Origin: an uncultured Candidatus Saccharibacteria bacterium
GTDB taxonomy: Bacteria; Patescibacteriota; WWE3; UBA101185; UBA10185
Reading direction: 5' to 3'
Length of the DNA stretch: 63,041 nt
Assembly (NCBI GenBank): GCA_964396025.1
Contig: CAYNBT010000001.1
Location: 3,129-66,169 of the forward strand
Each line of letters starts with the position of its first letter. The stretch's first letter is position 1. The notes under the pieces were generated by a model that worked only from the letters and a program-made list of their open reading frames with translations, was not told the DNA's origin and ran no database searches. The position numbers and the translations under genes are program-made. This document shows positions 53,751-63,025 of this stretch, in pieces.

Positions 53751-53975
53751 TTATCTGGCAAGAATCAAATAGACAGAATTAACAATAAAAACTAAAAGTA
53801 GAGTTATTGTTAAACCAAACACCACGCGCTCTAAACCTCTACGGGATTTGTAAAAACCGATGCTACTACCAACGGCAGAAGTAAGACCTTTTCCTTTGCT
53901 TTGAATAAGAACTAACGCGACAAGCAAAATAGAAATAATTATCTGTAATATTTGACTTAAAAAAATTATATTCAT
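53751..53975 (-). CDS. secG: preprotein translocase subunit SecG
   Basis: 74 aa, two TM helices, 'LVALVLIQSKGKGL...GSSIGF'. Confidence 0.7.
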   Translation of the reverse strand: MNIIFLSQILQIIISILLVALVLIQSKGKGLTSAVGSSIGFYKSRRGLERVVFGLTITLLLVFIVNSVYLILAR

Positions 53976-54391
53976 TTTTTCTTTTTAACAAAACACAACC
54001 AATTAAGAAAGTTATAGGTTGTACTGATGATTATGGCAGAAACTACGGCAGACCAAAATTTTGTAAGACTTTTAGATGTTAGCACAACAGTAAAAATAAG
54101 CAAATTCGGCGTAGAAGATTCGAGAATATCAAAAAAGGGCAATACCAATGAAAACAGCCGAAGTAAAATGAAAGTCATAACAGAGCTCAGTAACCCAAAC
54201 ATAATGCCTTCGGTTGGTAACGAGATGATCTTAAACACAGGCCCTAAGAACAGATACAACAACGCCAAACCTACTACTACCAAAGACACTGTAAAACCAC
54301 GATTCCCTCCAAAAAAAAGCGCTTGTAAAATATTTTGTGAAAAAAGTACAGCTATGTAAGTAAATGTTAATGCTCTCAAAAACGTCCTCAT
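53972..54391 (-). CDS. hypothetical four-TM membrane protein
   Basis: ATGA-coupled at both ends, between uvrC and secG. Confidence 0.55.
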   Translation of the reverse strand: MRTFLRALTFTYIAVLFSQNILQALFFGGNRGFTVSLVVVGLALLYLFLGPVFKIISLPTEGIMFGLLSSVMTFILLRLFSLVLPFFDILESSTPNLLIFTVVLTSKSLTKFWSAVVSAIIISTTYNFLNWLCFVKKKK

Positions 54392-55761
54392 GTTTTTATT
54401 ATAGTGGTTTTTGAAATACTTTTTAGTCTTAATTTATGATGATAATTTTGAGCAAATCTATGCGCTTCATCTCTGAGGCGTTGAACCAACTTTAAGCCCT
54501 CATTGGTCTTTTCTAAAACAACTTCCTCAAAGCCGTTGCTGGTAGGAACAATTAATGTCTCAAATCTTTTCGCAATGCCTATAACAGGAACTTCAAAATG
54601 GATATCTTTCATAGCTTGCAGCGCCGCAGTTACTTGGCCTTTACCCCCATCTATAATCAGTAAATCTGGAGCTCCCCAAGACCTTGAATTATCGGCATCT
54701 GCTTCTCTTGATAATCGGCGCGTAAGAACTTCCCTTAACATAGCGAAATCATCCGGAGTGTTTTTGGTTTTAATCTTAAATCTCTTGTACTCTGATTTTT
54801 CCAATTTTCCTTCTATTGCTACTGTCATTGAACCGACCGAATCTGTGCCAGAAATATTTGAAATGTCGTAACATTCGATCCTGCCTAGATTTAACTTTTT
54901 TCCGAATATTGCCTGCGACAATTCACTCAAGGACTTACTTCTTAGATCGTCTATCAAATATGGATTATCTATGTAACGTTGAGCAGTTCTAAAATTCTCT
55001 TTTATGTAATTGATTCTATTCAAATCATCACGATATGAAGCTGCAAGTTCGTAGTTCTGATGTCTAGAAGCATTCTTCATAAGGCTACTAATGTTACGCA
55101 CCAAACCCAAACTACCTCCTGACAAAAAACGTTTAATTTTATCAATATCTTTTCTATAGGATACAAGTGAATATGCAACTGTACATGGAGCGTTGCACAG
55201 TTTAAGAAATCCATACAAGCAAGGAGTGTCCGACTTGTGGTGTTTATTAAATTTAGCAGCAGAGCAATCCCTGTAAGGAAATGCGCGACGAATGTAACGC
55301 ATCATTTTTCTAACTGTGTCACCGCTTGGATATGGACCAAAATACTGATCTGAAGGCAAAATGTCCGATTCTCTTGCGGCTAAAACCTTGGGGATTTTAG
55401 CAACTTTACCTGCTTTTTTCAGTTTTTCTACTCTGATTACAATATAGAGATATGATTTATCATCCTTCATTGCAATGTTGTATTTGGGTTGATGTTTTTT
55501 TATCAAAGCGGCTTCAAGTATCAATGCTTCAATCTCAGAACTCACCTCTATATAATTTATAGATTCAATGTGTTGAACAAGATTATAGGTTTTTGAGGCA
55601 GGATCAAGATTTGATGCAAAATAGGATTTAACCCTGTTTTTCAAATTCTTTGCTTTACCTACATAAATAATTGCACCAAGAGAATCTTTATATATGTATA
55701 TTCCCGGAACCTGAGGGAGAGCTTTAATTGTAGTTTTGTCTGCTACTTCAATCTTGTGCAT
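54388..55761 (-). CDS. uvrC: excinuclease ABC subunit C, short form lacking the C-terminal (HhH)2 domain
   Basis: GIY-YIG 'PGIYIYKD...IIYVGKAKNLKNRVKSYF'. UVR 'NYELAASYRDDLNRINYI'. Endonuclease domain 'IECYDISNISG...RDEAHRFA', after which the protein stops at 457 aa. Confidence 0.85.
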   Translation of the reverse strand: MHKIEVADKTTIKALPQVPGIYIYKDSLGAIIYVGKAKNLKNRVKSYFASNLDPASKTYNLVQHIESINYIEVSSEIEALILEAALIKKHQPKYNIAMKDDKSYLYIVIRVEKLKKAGKVAKIPKVLAARESDILPSDQYFGPYPSGDTVRKMMRYIRRAFPYRDCSAAKFNKHHKSDTPCLYGFLKLCNAPCTVAYSLVSYRKDIDKIKRFLSGGSLGLVRNISSLMKNASRHQNYELAASYRDDLNRINYIKENFRTAQRYIDNPYLIDDLRSKSLSELSQAIFGKKLNLGRIECYDISNISGTDSVGSMTVAIEGKLEKSEYKRFKIKTKNTPDDFAMLREVLTRRLSREADADNSRSWGAPDLLIIDGGKGQVTAALQAMKDIHFEVPVIGIAKRFETLIVPTSNGFEEVVLEKTNEGLKLVQRLRDEAHRFAQNYHHKLRLKSISKTTIIKT

Positions 55762-55767
55762 AGTTAG

Positions 55768-55776
55768 ATTGTACCA
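55768..55776 (-). promoter_or_regulatory. extended -10 (TGgTACAAT) 6 nt upstream of the uvrC ATG
   Basis: Minus strand reads TGGTACAAT-ctaact-ATG with no SD. Confidence 0.55.
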
Positions 55777-55783
55777 ATTTTAA

Positions 55784-55792
55784 TGCTAAACT
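55784..55792 (+). promoter_or_regulatory. extended -10 (TGcTAAACT) 7 nt upstream of the ATG at 55800
   Basis: TGCTAAACT-atcttaa-ATG with no SD. It lies back-to-back with the uvrC -10. Confidence 0.5.
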
Positions 55793-55799
55793 ATCTTAA

Positions 55800-57659
55800 A
55801 TGAGAAAATATTTATACTTTGCCCTAATATCGGTTTTTGCTGGCCTAATGCTATGGTCTGATCAAGTGAATGCTCAAAGCAATACTGAACCCATATTTGA
55901 TGTCGAGTACAACATTAGATATGAAATCAAAGAAACCGCCGAAACCTCAGTATTTCAAAGTGTAGGAATCATAAACAGGCAAACTGATGTAATACCTACC
56001 AATTACACACTCTCCATTAACCAAATGTCAGTTTATGATGCAAAAGCATTCATGGACGGAGACGAGCTTGAAACAAAATTGGAACAAGAAAATTCCACTT
56101 ATAAAATTAAAACAAAATTTGAGCAACAAGCCATTGGTGAGGGTAAAAAAACGCAATTTGATATAGAGTACAAAACCAAAGACATTGCTTCACAGGTGGG
56201 CAAGATATGGAACATCAACATCCCCAAAGTGGAAATGTCTAACAATACTAAGCTTTACAATATAGAGCTGTTGGTTCCTAAGTCGTTCGGACCAATGATT
56301 TTTGTATCCCCTACACCGTCTGATATAGAAGAATTAGCAAACCTTACAATATTTAGATTTAGTAAAGATCAGCTAAAAAATGTAGGCATATCTGCCTCGT
56401 TTGGAAGCTACCAACTAGTAAACTTTCGCCTTAGATATCAACTACAAAACCCCTCATCATTTTCATCCTATTATGAGATCGCCTTACCCCCAGATCTAAA
56501 ACAAAGGCAGCAAGTAATATTTCATCAGCTAAAACCTACTCCAACAAAAATGTTCGTGGACGAAGATGGAAACTTTATAGCAAGATATAAGCTAAAAGCG
56601 AAAGAACAGATGGATGTTGAGTTTATAGGTGCGGCAAAGATCTTTGGTCGGCAGATAAATCCAACATTTGGAGGAGAGTTTGAAAAGATACCGCAAAAAA
56701 TAAAAACGGCATATACCAAACCGGATACTTATTGGGAAGTTGAGAGTAGTGAAATTCAAAAAATAGCCGAATCCCTCAAAGACAAAAACGCTAACGTAAC
56801 ACTAAATGCGCAAAAAGCTTATGAGTTCACCGTGGCAAAACTACAGTATGATTTTGATCTGGGAAATAAAGAAACTGTAGTGAGAAAAGGGGCTAAGCAG
56901 GCACTCAATGAACCGGTCAAAGCCGCGTGTATGGAGTTTACAGATCTCTTTATCGCAATAGCGAGAGCTATGGGGATACCTGCAAGAGAGTTAAATGGGT
57001 ATGCAATAGCAAATGACATATCCAATGCCCCATTGTCAGTTAATCTGCGTGGCGGTGATTATCTCCACGCATGGCCAGAATTTTACGACCCAATCTACGG
57101 ATGGATTGCTGTCGATCCAACTTGGGGAAATACCTCAAAGGTCGATTACTTTACAAAGTTGGATACAAATCATTTTGTTTTTTCTGTAAAGGGTTTGGAT
57201 TCGGAATTTCCTGCACCTGCAGGTAGTTATAAATACGACGAAAAGAATAAACAGGTTGAAGTAGATTTTGCGCAAGACACACTACAAAAAACAGAAAAAT
57301 ACGATCTTAGGTTAACAAAGCTGATCTCTCTAAACCCACTCAAAATGTTTAGCAAAGAACAGCTATACCGAGTTGAAAATACAGGTAATGTAACTATCTA
57401 CAACCCAAACAATAATGATTCCATTATTCTCCCAAATGGATCTGCATTAATCTACATTGAAAACTCAAAGTCATATATTTCATACGAAGATTTTATAGGC
57501 TCAAGATACACAGCAGCATTACCCAAATCGGCACCTGTACAAGCAGAAGCTATCTTCAACAAAGTTAACCTCCAAACCCTTATTGGTATTGGCGGAGTGC
57601 TTGTGCTGTATACGATTCTTTATTGGTTCTTAATTCGTCTAGGGATCCGGAGAAAATAA
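55800..57659 (+). CDS. secreted/anchored transglutaminase-like cysteine protease-fold protein
   Basis: Signal peptide. Cys-His-Asp triad context 'ACMEFTDLF', 'YLHAWPEFY' and 'WIAVDPTWG'. C-terminal TM anchor. Confidence 0.75.
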   Translation: MRKYLYFALISVFAGLMLWSDQVNAQSNTEPIFDVEYNIRYEIKETAETSVFQSVGIINRQTDVIPTNYTLSINQMSVYDAKAFMDGDELETKLEQENSTYKIKTKFEQQAIGEGKKTQFDIEYKTKDIASQVGKIWNINIPKVEMSNNTKLYNIELLVPKSFGPMIFVSPTPSDIEELANLTIFRFSKDQLKNVGISASFGSYQLVNFRLRYQLQNPSSFSSYYEIALPPDLKQRQQVIFHQLKPTPTKMFVDEDGNFIARYKLKAKEQMDVEFIGAAKIFGRQINPTFGGEFEKIPQKIKTAYTKPDTYWEVESSEIQKIAESLKDKNANVTLNAQKAYEFTVAKLQYDFDLGNKETVVRKGAKQALNEPVKAACMEFTDLFIAIARAMGIPARELNGYAIANDISNAPLSVNLRGGDYLHAWPEFYDPIYGWIAVDPTWGNTSKVDYFTKLDTNHFVFSVKGLDSEFPAPAGSYKYDEKNKQVEVDFAQDTLQKTEKYDLRLTKLISLNPLKMFSKEQLYRVENTGNVTIYNPNNNDSIILPNGSALIYIENSKSYISYEDFIGSRYTAALPKSAPVQAEAIFNKVNLQTLIGIGGVLVLYTILYWFLIRLGIRRK

Positions 57660-60540
57660 TCTTACCTCCTAAATCTCCACCTTCAGGACCTAAGTCTATC
57701 ACCCAATCGGAATTGTTTATGATATCCAAATTATGTTCAATTACAAGCACGGTATGTCCTCTGCTGGTTAAACGCTTGATTATACCAATTAATCTCTCGA
57801 GATCTGAGAAATGTAGTCCCGTAGTTGGCTCATCCAAAATATAAAGAGTGCTCCCTGTAGGACGTTTAGAGAGTTCTAATGCAAGCTTAACTCTTTGCGC
57901 TTCTCCGCCCGACATAGTAGGTGCAGGTTGCCCAAGATGCATATAACCTAAGCCTACTTCAAACATGGTCTTGAGTTTGCGTCTTATATTGGGAATATTC
58001 TCAAAGAAGGCTAACGCTTCTTCTACGGTCATCTCTAACACATCGCTTATAGATTTCCCCTTGTAGAGCACTTCCTGGGCTTCTCGGTTGTATCGTTTTC
58101 CTTGGCAGACTTCGCAATCAATGTATACGTCAGGCATAAATTGCATTTCAATCTTAACTTGACCCTCACCTGCACAGGCTTCGCATCTACCACCTTTTAC
58201 GTTAAAACTAAACCTTCCAGGCCCATACCCTCGCACACGTGCTTCTTCTGTCTGGGCGTATAGGTCTCTAATGTGATCAAAGGTCTTTGTGTAAGTGGCG
58301 GGATTTGATTTGGGAGTTCGCCCAATTGGGGTTTGATCAATTGCTATAACTTTATCTATGTATTCCAACCCTGCTATATCCTTGTATTCTTCGGGCTTTT
58401 CATCGTTTTTTAGACCATGTTCTTGACGCAAAACTCTGTGTAAAGTGTCCATCACAAGAGTGGATTTTCCAGATCCAGAAACCCCCGTCACACATACAAA
58501 CTTTCCTAGGGGAATGTGCATATCGACATTTTTAAGATTCCTTCCACTGGCACCAGTCAATACCAAATATTTACCTTCTACGGATGCTTTGGGCTCGAAT
58601 TCGTCTTCTGGAAGTTTTACTGTGCCCTTACCTACTTTTTTCTTTCCAGAAAGGTACTTTCCTGTAATGGAGTTGGGGTTTTTCATTATTTCCTGTGGAG
58701 TTCCGTGCGCCATGATGTTACCACCATGTTCGCCAGCACCTGGACCAAAATCAAAGATGTAATCACTTTCCAGCATAGTTTCCGTGTCATGTTCAACTAC
58801 CAAAACAGTGTTACCAAGGTCTCTCAAATGCTTCAAAGTTTTTATAAGCTTCCCCTGATCCCTTTGATGTAATCCAATAGAAGGCTCATCTAGTACATAC
58901 AATACTCCGGAGAGCCCAGAGCCGATTTGGGAAGCCAATCTTATTCTTTGTGCTTCACCCCCAGATAAATGCCCGGATGCACGGCTTAAGGTCAAATATC
59001 CAAGTCCAACATCTAACAAAAATTTGATTCTATAATTGATTTCCTTGTTTATTGAATCGGCTATTGTCGCTTCACGCTCGGAAAATATGTTTGGTAATGA
59101 GTTGAACCAGATCTTAAAATCGTCAATAGAAAGATTAGATACTTCATAAATGTTTTTACTATCTATGTGCACAGAAAGTGACGAGTCTTTTAGACGCGAT
59201 CCTTTGCACTCTAAGCATGGCTCAAGCACCATGTACTTTTCTATATCGTTTCTAATAAAATCGGATTTTGTTTCTTTATGGCGTCTAAGAAGGTTTGGTA
59301 TCACACCTTCATATTTTGCAAAGTAAACACCTGATTTCACATCACCGGAACTGTATGATACCCTAAACTTTCTACCTTCTGGCGCACCATACAATATGAG
59401 CTCAAAGATATCTTTAGGCAAATCGCCTATGGGAACATTGAGGGAAAACTCATATTCCTTTGCCACTGCCTCTATAACTTTAGATATCCAAGTATCCTTT
59501 TCGGCCAAATTCGACCAAGGAAATATGCCACCTTCTAGTATAGATAATCTAGGATTCATAACTTGATTTATATCTACATCTAGTTGAGTACCCAACCCGT
59601 CACATGCAGGACAGGCTCCATGAGGAGAGTTAAAAGAAAATGTTCTGGGTTCTATGTCCGGTAGCGACAAGTTGCATGAAGGACACGCAAAATTTTCAGA
59701 GAACAAATGGTCTTCATAGTCCTTGGGGTCATCAGTAAAATCAAAATCTTTATCTTTAACAAGTGTGATCACCACGTTGCCGTTACTTAGTTTTGCGGCA
59801 ATCTCAACATCTTGGGTTAATCTAGCAATAGTTTCCTTGTAGTCTTCTTCATCTTTCAATCTCTTTGCGCTTAAAATATGACGACTTATCAATGCTTCCA
59901 CAGTGTGTTTGTTGGTCTTTATGAGTGCGAACTTATCGGTTAAGTTCTTCATAGAACCATCGATACGTGCACGAACAATACCTTGTCGTTTCAAATTATC
60001 AAACAATGAGGAGAATTCACCCTTTCTGTCTCTAACTACAGGAGAAAATACAAGAATACGAACACCTCTCTCTGTTGAATAGGAATGTTCGTTCTGAACC
60101 ATACGTACAACTTGATCCGCGATCTGCTGAACGCTTTGTCTACTTATTTCCCTCCCGCACTTAGGACACTTAGGATGCCCTACTCTTGCAAAAAGAAGCC
60201 TTAGAAAATCATATATCTCAGTGATAGTTCCAACAGTAGATCTGGGATTCCTCGAAGTTGTCTTTTGGTCAATCGCGATAGCTGGAGACAATCCCTCAAT
60301 CTTCTGAACCTCAGGCTTTTTCATGACACCAAGAAACTGTCTGGCATATGCGGATAAGCTCTCAACATACCTACGCTGACCTTCAGCATAAATTGTATCC
60401 ATTGCAAGCGAGGATTTGCCAGAGCCCGACACACCGGTAAAAACCACGAACTTGTACTTGGGAATTTCAAGATCTACATTCTTCAAGTTATGCTCGCTGG
60501 CACCTTTTATTATGATTTTATCGTTTGAGAACTCTGACAT
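57580..60540 (-). CDS. uvrA: excinuclease ABC subunit A
   Basis: Walker A 'GVSGSGKSSL' and 'GVSGSGKSTL', ABC signatures 'LSGGEAQR' x2, and zinc modules 'CPKCGREI' and 'CEACAGEG'. Confidence 0.95.
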   Translation of the reverse strand: MSEFSNDKIIIKGASEHNLKNVDLEIPKYKFVVFTGVSGSGKSSLAMDTIYAEGQRRYVESLSAYARQFLGVMKKPEVQKIEGLSPAIAIDQKTTSRNPRSTVGTITEIYDFLRLLFARVGHPKCPKCGREISRQSVQQIADQVVRMVQNEHSYSTERGVRILVFSPVVRDRKGEFSSLFDNLKRQGIVRARIDGSMKNLTDKFALIKTNKHTVEALISRHILSAKRLKDEEDYKETIARLTQDVEIAAKLSNGNVVITLVKDKDFDFTDDPKDYEDHLFSENFACPSCNLSLPDIEPRTFSFNSPHGACPACDGLGTQLDVDINQVMNPRLSILEGGIFPWSNLAEKDTWISKVIEAVAKEYEFSLNVPIGDLPKDIFELILYGAPEGRKFRVSYSSGDVKSGVYFAKYEGVIPNLLRRHKETKSDFIRNDIEKYMVLEPCLECKGSRLKDSSLSVHIDSKNIYEVSNLSIDDFKIWFNSLPNIFSEREATIADSINKEINYRIKFLLDVGLGYLTLSRASGHLSGGEAQRIRLASQIGSGLSGVLYVLDEPSIGLHQRDQGKLIKTLKHLRDLGNTVLVVEHDTETMLESDYIFDFGPGAGEHGGNIMAHGTPQEIMKNPNSITGKYLSGKKKVGKGTVKLPEDEFEPKASVEGKYLVLTGASGRNLKNVDMHIPLGKFVCVTGVSGSGKSTLVMDTLHRVLRQEHGLKNDEKPEEYKDIAGLEYIDKVIAIDQTPIGRTPKSNPATYTKTFDHIRDLYAQTEEARVRGYGPGRFSFNVKGGRCEACAGEGQVKIEMQFMPDVYIDCEVCQGKRYNREAQEVLYKGKSISDVLEMTVEEALAFFENIPNIRRKLKTMFEVGLGYMHLGQPAPTMSGGEAQRVKLALELSKRPTGSTLYILDEPTTGLHFSDLERLIGIIKRLTSRGHTVLVIEHNLDIINNSDWVIDLGPEGGDLGGKIIFSGSLDELRTNKESYTAQALRQYQ

Positions 60541-60548
60541 AGTTATCG

Positions 60549-60554
60549 ATTATA
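60549..60554 (-). promoter_or_regulatory. -10 box TATAAT 8 nt upstream of the uvrA ATG
   Basis: Minus strand reads TATAAT-cgataact-ATG with no SD. Confidence 0.45.
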
Positions 60555-60623
60555 CGGGTTATATTTGGGTTTGTGAAGTGAGATTCCAACACAGGGCAGG
60601 TGCTGGAATTACAATTCGGATAT

Positions 60624-61040
60624 TTACTTAATTTCACAAATTATTTTAAGAACTTGTCCTGTATAGAGTTCCGACCACTCTGTTAAACCATTTCCTTGTG
60701 CTAATGCAACGTACTTTTCACCATCTCCACAAACTCTTTCGGCAACTTGCCATAAACCTTCTCCAGCATTTACGGTTGTTTCGTCTGCTTTTAGTTGATT
60801 TTTACTAGCGTCCTTGGAAGTGTCGGTTTTAACTTTTGTGTCGTTTGCGGATTGATCAGTATCTTTCTGATCTAATTGTTCCAAGTTTATAGTGTTGGAG
60901 TTACTAAAGTACCAAATACTAAAAACTGCCAACATCACTAAGATGCCTATTCCTGTAAAAAGATTTGCCCAATTTGCATCGGGATTTTGTTTTTTTATAT
61001 CTGCTATAAATTGGTTTGCTTTTTCTTGAATTTTTAACAT
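60624..61040 (-). CDS. membrane-anchored LysM-like domain protein
   Basis: The ATG at 61040 is preceded by AGGAGGTGAT. The ORF-track GTG at 61049 is less likely. TM 'IGILVMLAVFSIWYF'. C-terminal 'VNAGEGLWQVAERV...YTGQVLKI'. Confidence 0.65.
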   Translation of the reverse strand: MLKIQEKANQFIADIKKQNPDANWANLFTGIGILVMLAVFSIWYFSNSNTINLEQLDQKDTDQSANDTKVKTDTSKDASKNQLKADETTVNAGEGLWQVAERVCGDGEKYVALAQGNGLTEWSELYTGQVLKIICEIK

Positions 61041-61045
61041 AAATA

Positions 61046-63025
61046 TCACCTCCTGTCTGAATTTTTTTCTTTCTTAGTACATAATGTATCAGGTTCTGTA
61101 CCTTTTACAAAAATTTCACTTCTATTGTCACATTTTTTGTCAATTTTAGTCACAATTGTTTCTGGTCTGGCAAAAGTCTCAGATTTATTATCTGCAAGTA
61201 ATGTAACCATAATACTATTCCATATAGGAGCAGCACCAGAAAGTCCAGAGACTAAGCGTCTGTTCATAGGAGAGTTATCATTATTGCCAACCCAAACTCC
61301 TACAGTGTAGGTTGGAGTGTAGCCAAGTGTTAAGTTATCCCTGTTTTCATCCGTAGTCCCTGTCTTCACAGCTACCTTGCGATTAGGTACAACAAGAGCA
61401 CTGTTAGGACCAAATGCAGCAAGTCTTGCGTTATTGTCAGAAAGTATGTCGGAAACTATATAAGCTGTTTCTTTAGATACTGCTTGAAATTCGTGCGAGC
61501 TGTCTTCAAGAAGCTCAAAGCCTTTCATATCCTTAACGGACAAAAAGTACTTGGTGTCTTTATAAACCCCACCTCGAGCGAAAGTGGCATACATGTTAAC
61601 TAAATCGACAAGGCGAGTTTCTTTACCACCCAGTGTTATGGACCAACCATAGGAATCATCTACTTTCCAACCAGTAAGACCTAAAGATTTGCCTAAATTC
61701 ACCATATCCTCAATACCTACTGTTCTTAGCACTTTAACTGCGGGTATGTTGTAAGAATTTGCAAACGCCTGTCTCAATGTCACACGGCCATGAAACTTAC
61801 CATCATAGTTTTTTGGCGTGTAAGTCTGCCCATCATATTGAATTGTTAGCGGATTATCTTCCAAAATTGTGGCAGCAGTTAAACCTTCTTCCAACCCCTG
61901 CGCATAAGTTAGAATCTTTATGGAAGAGCCTGGTTGTCTAAATGCTCTTGCTACATCGAAAGCACCTCCATCAGGTTTGAAATAATCAACAGAACCTACA
62001 TACGCTAAAATCTCAGCATTACGCGCGTCTAGAACTACTGCAGCACCGTTGGAGATGTTTAATGCTTCGCTCGCAGCAACCTTCTCGGTAACTATATCCT
62101 GAACCTTGTTCTGCAAATCCAAATCTAGTGTAGTCACAACTGTTAGTCCCCCAAAGTCCACCATTCGTTTACCAAAATTAGCTACCAAGGCATCACGTAC
62201 AGCATTAACAAAATGTGGAGCGCGTATATACGAAATCTGATCTACAAAATTCAAATCTTCCTCATATGCGGATTTCGCTTCAACGGAAGATATGTAGCCC
62301 AACTGCACCATACGATCTAGTACAAACTTTTGTCTCTTTTTTGCTAGATTAAAGTCCCCAGATGTTGGGGAATAAATCGAAGGAGCTGAAGGCAATCCTG
62401 CTAACAACGAGCCTTCTGCTAAGGTTAAATCTTGCACAGGCTTACCAAAGAACTTAGTTGCAGCACTTTGTATTCCCCAAGAGGTACCGCCATAAGGTAT
62501 GTTGTTAAAATAAAGCTCTAAAATTTCGTTTTTAGAATACTTTCTCTCAACCATCAAAGCTAAAATCACTTCCTTAACTTTTCTTGAAATGGTGCGTTCT
62601 GGCGATAGGAGCACATTCTTAATCAGTTGTTGTGTAATAGTGGATCCTCCTTGCAAATTATCTTCAAATACGATTGCTTTAACTGCACGAATCATACTAG
62701 AAACTCTAACCCCAGAATGCGAATAAAACTCACTGTCTTCTACTGCAAGGGTTGCACTAACTACATGATTCGGGATTATACTAAGCTCAACCGGATCGTA
62801 TTGTCGATCAACATAGATCTCATAGAGTAATCTACCTTTTCTATCAAGAATTCTTGTTGATTTGTTTTGAACCTCAGCCAACAACTCTGGTCTAGGTAAC
62901 TGCTGTAACCAAAGGTACAAACTAAAAGGCAGATATAAAAAAATTATCGAAAATAAAATCCCAAAGGCAAAAACTGCAAATTCCCGCCTTACTAAACCTT
63001 TCGGAAAGGTAGGCAATTTTGGCAA
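61046..63025 (-). CDS. class A penicillin-binding protein (glycosyltransferase + transpeptidase)
   Basis: GT51 motifs 'EDSEFYSHSGV' and 'GGSTITQQL'. Transpeptidase motifs 'GSSIK', 'SYN' and 'KTGTT'. The track start is TTG, and the frame stays open to the window edge, so the true start may lie beyond 63041. Confidence 0.88.
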   Translation of the reverse strand: MPKLPTFPKGLVRREFAVFAFGILFSIIFLYLPFSLYLWLQQLPRPELLAEVQNKSTRILDRKGRLLYEIYVDRQYDPVELSIIPNHVVSATLAVEDSEFYSHSGVRVSSMIRAVKAIVFEDNLQGGSTITQQLIKNVLLSPERTISRKVKEVILALMVERKYSKNEILELYFNNIPYGGTSWGIQSAATKFFGKPVQDLTLAEGSLLAGLPSAPSIYSPTSGDFNLAKKRQKFVLDRMVQLGYISSVEAKSAYEEDLNFVDQISYIRAPHFVNAVRDALVANFGKRMVDFGGLTVVTTLDLDLQNKVQDIVTEKVAASEALNISNGAAVVLDARNAEILAYVGSVDYFKPDGGAFDVARAFRQPGSSIKILTYAQGLEEGLTAATILEDNPLTIQYDGQTYTPKNYDGKFHGRVTLRQAFANSYNIPAVKVLRTVGIEDMVNLGKSLGLTGWKVDDSYGWSITLGGKETRLVDLVNMYATFARGGVYKDTKYFLSVKDMKGFELLEDSSHEFQAVSKETAYIVSDILSDNNARLAAFGPNSALVVPNRKVAVKTGTTDENRDNLTLGYTPTYTVGVWVGNNDNSPMNRRLVSGLSGAAPIWNSIMVTLLADNKSETFARPETIVTKIDKKCDNRSEIFVKGTEPDTLCTKKEKNSDRR

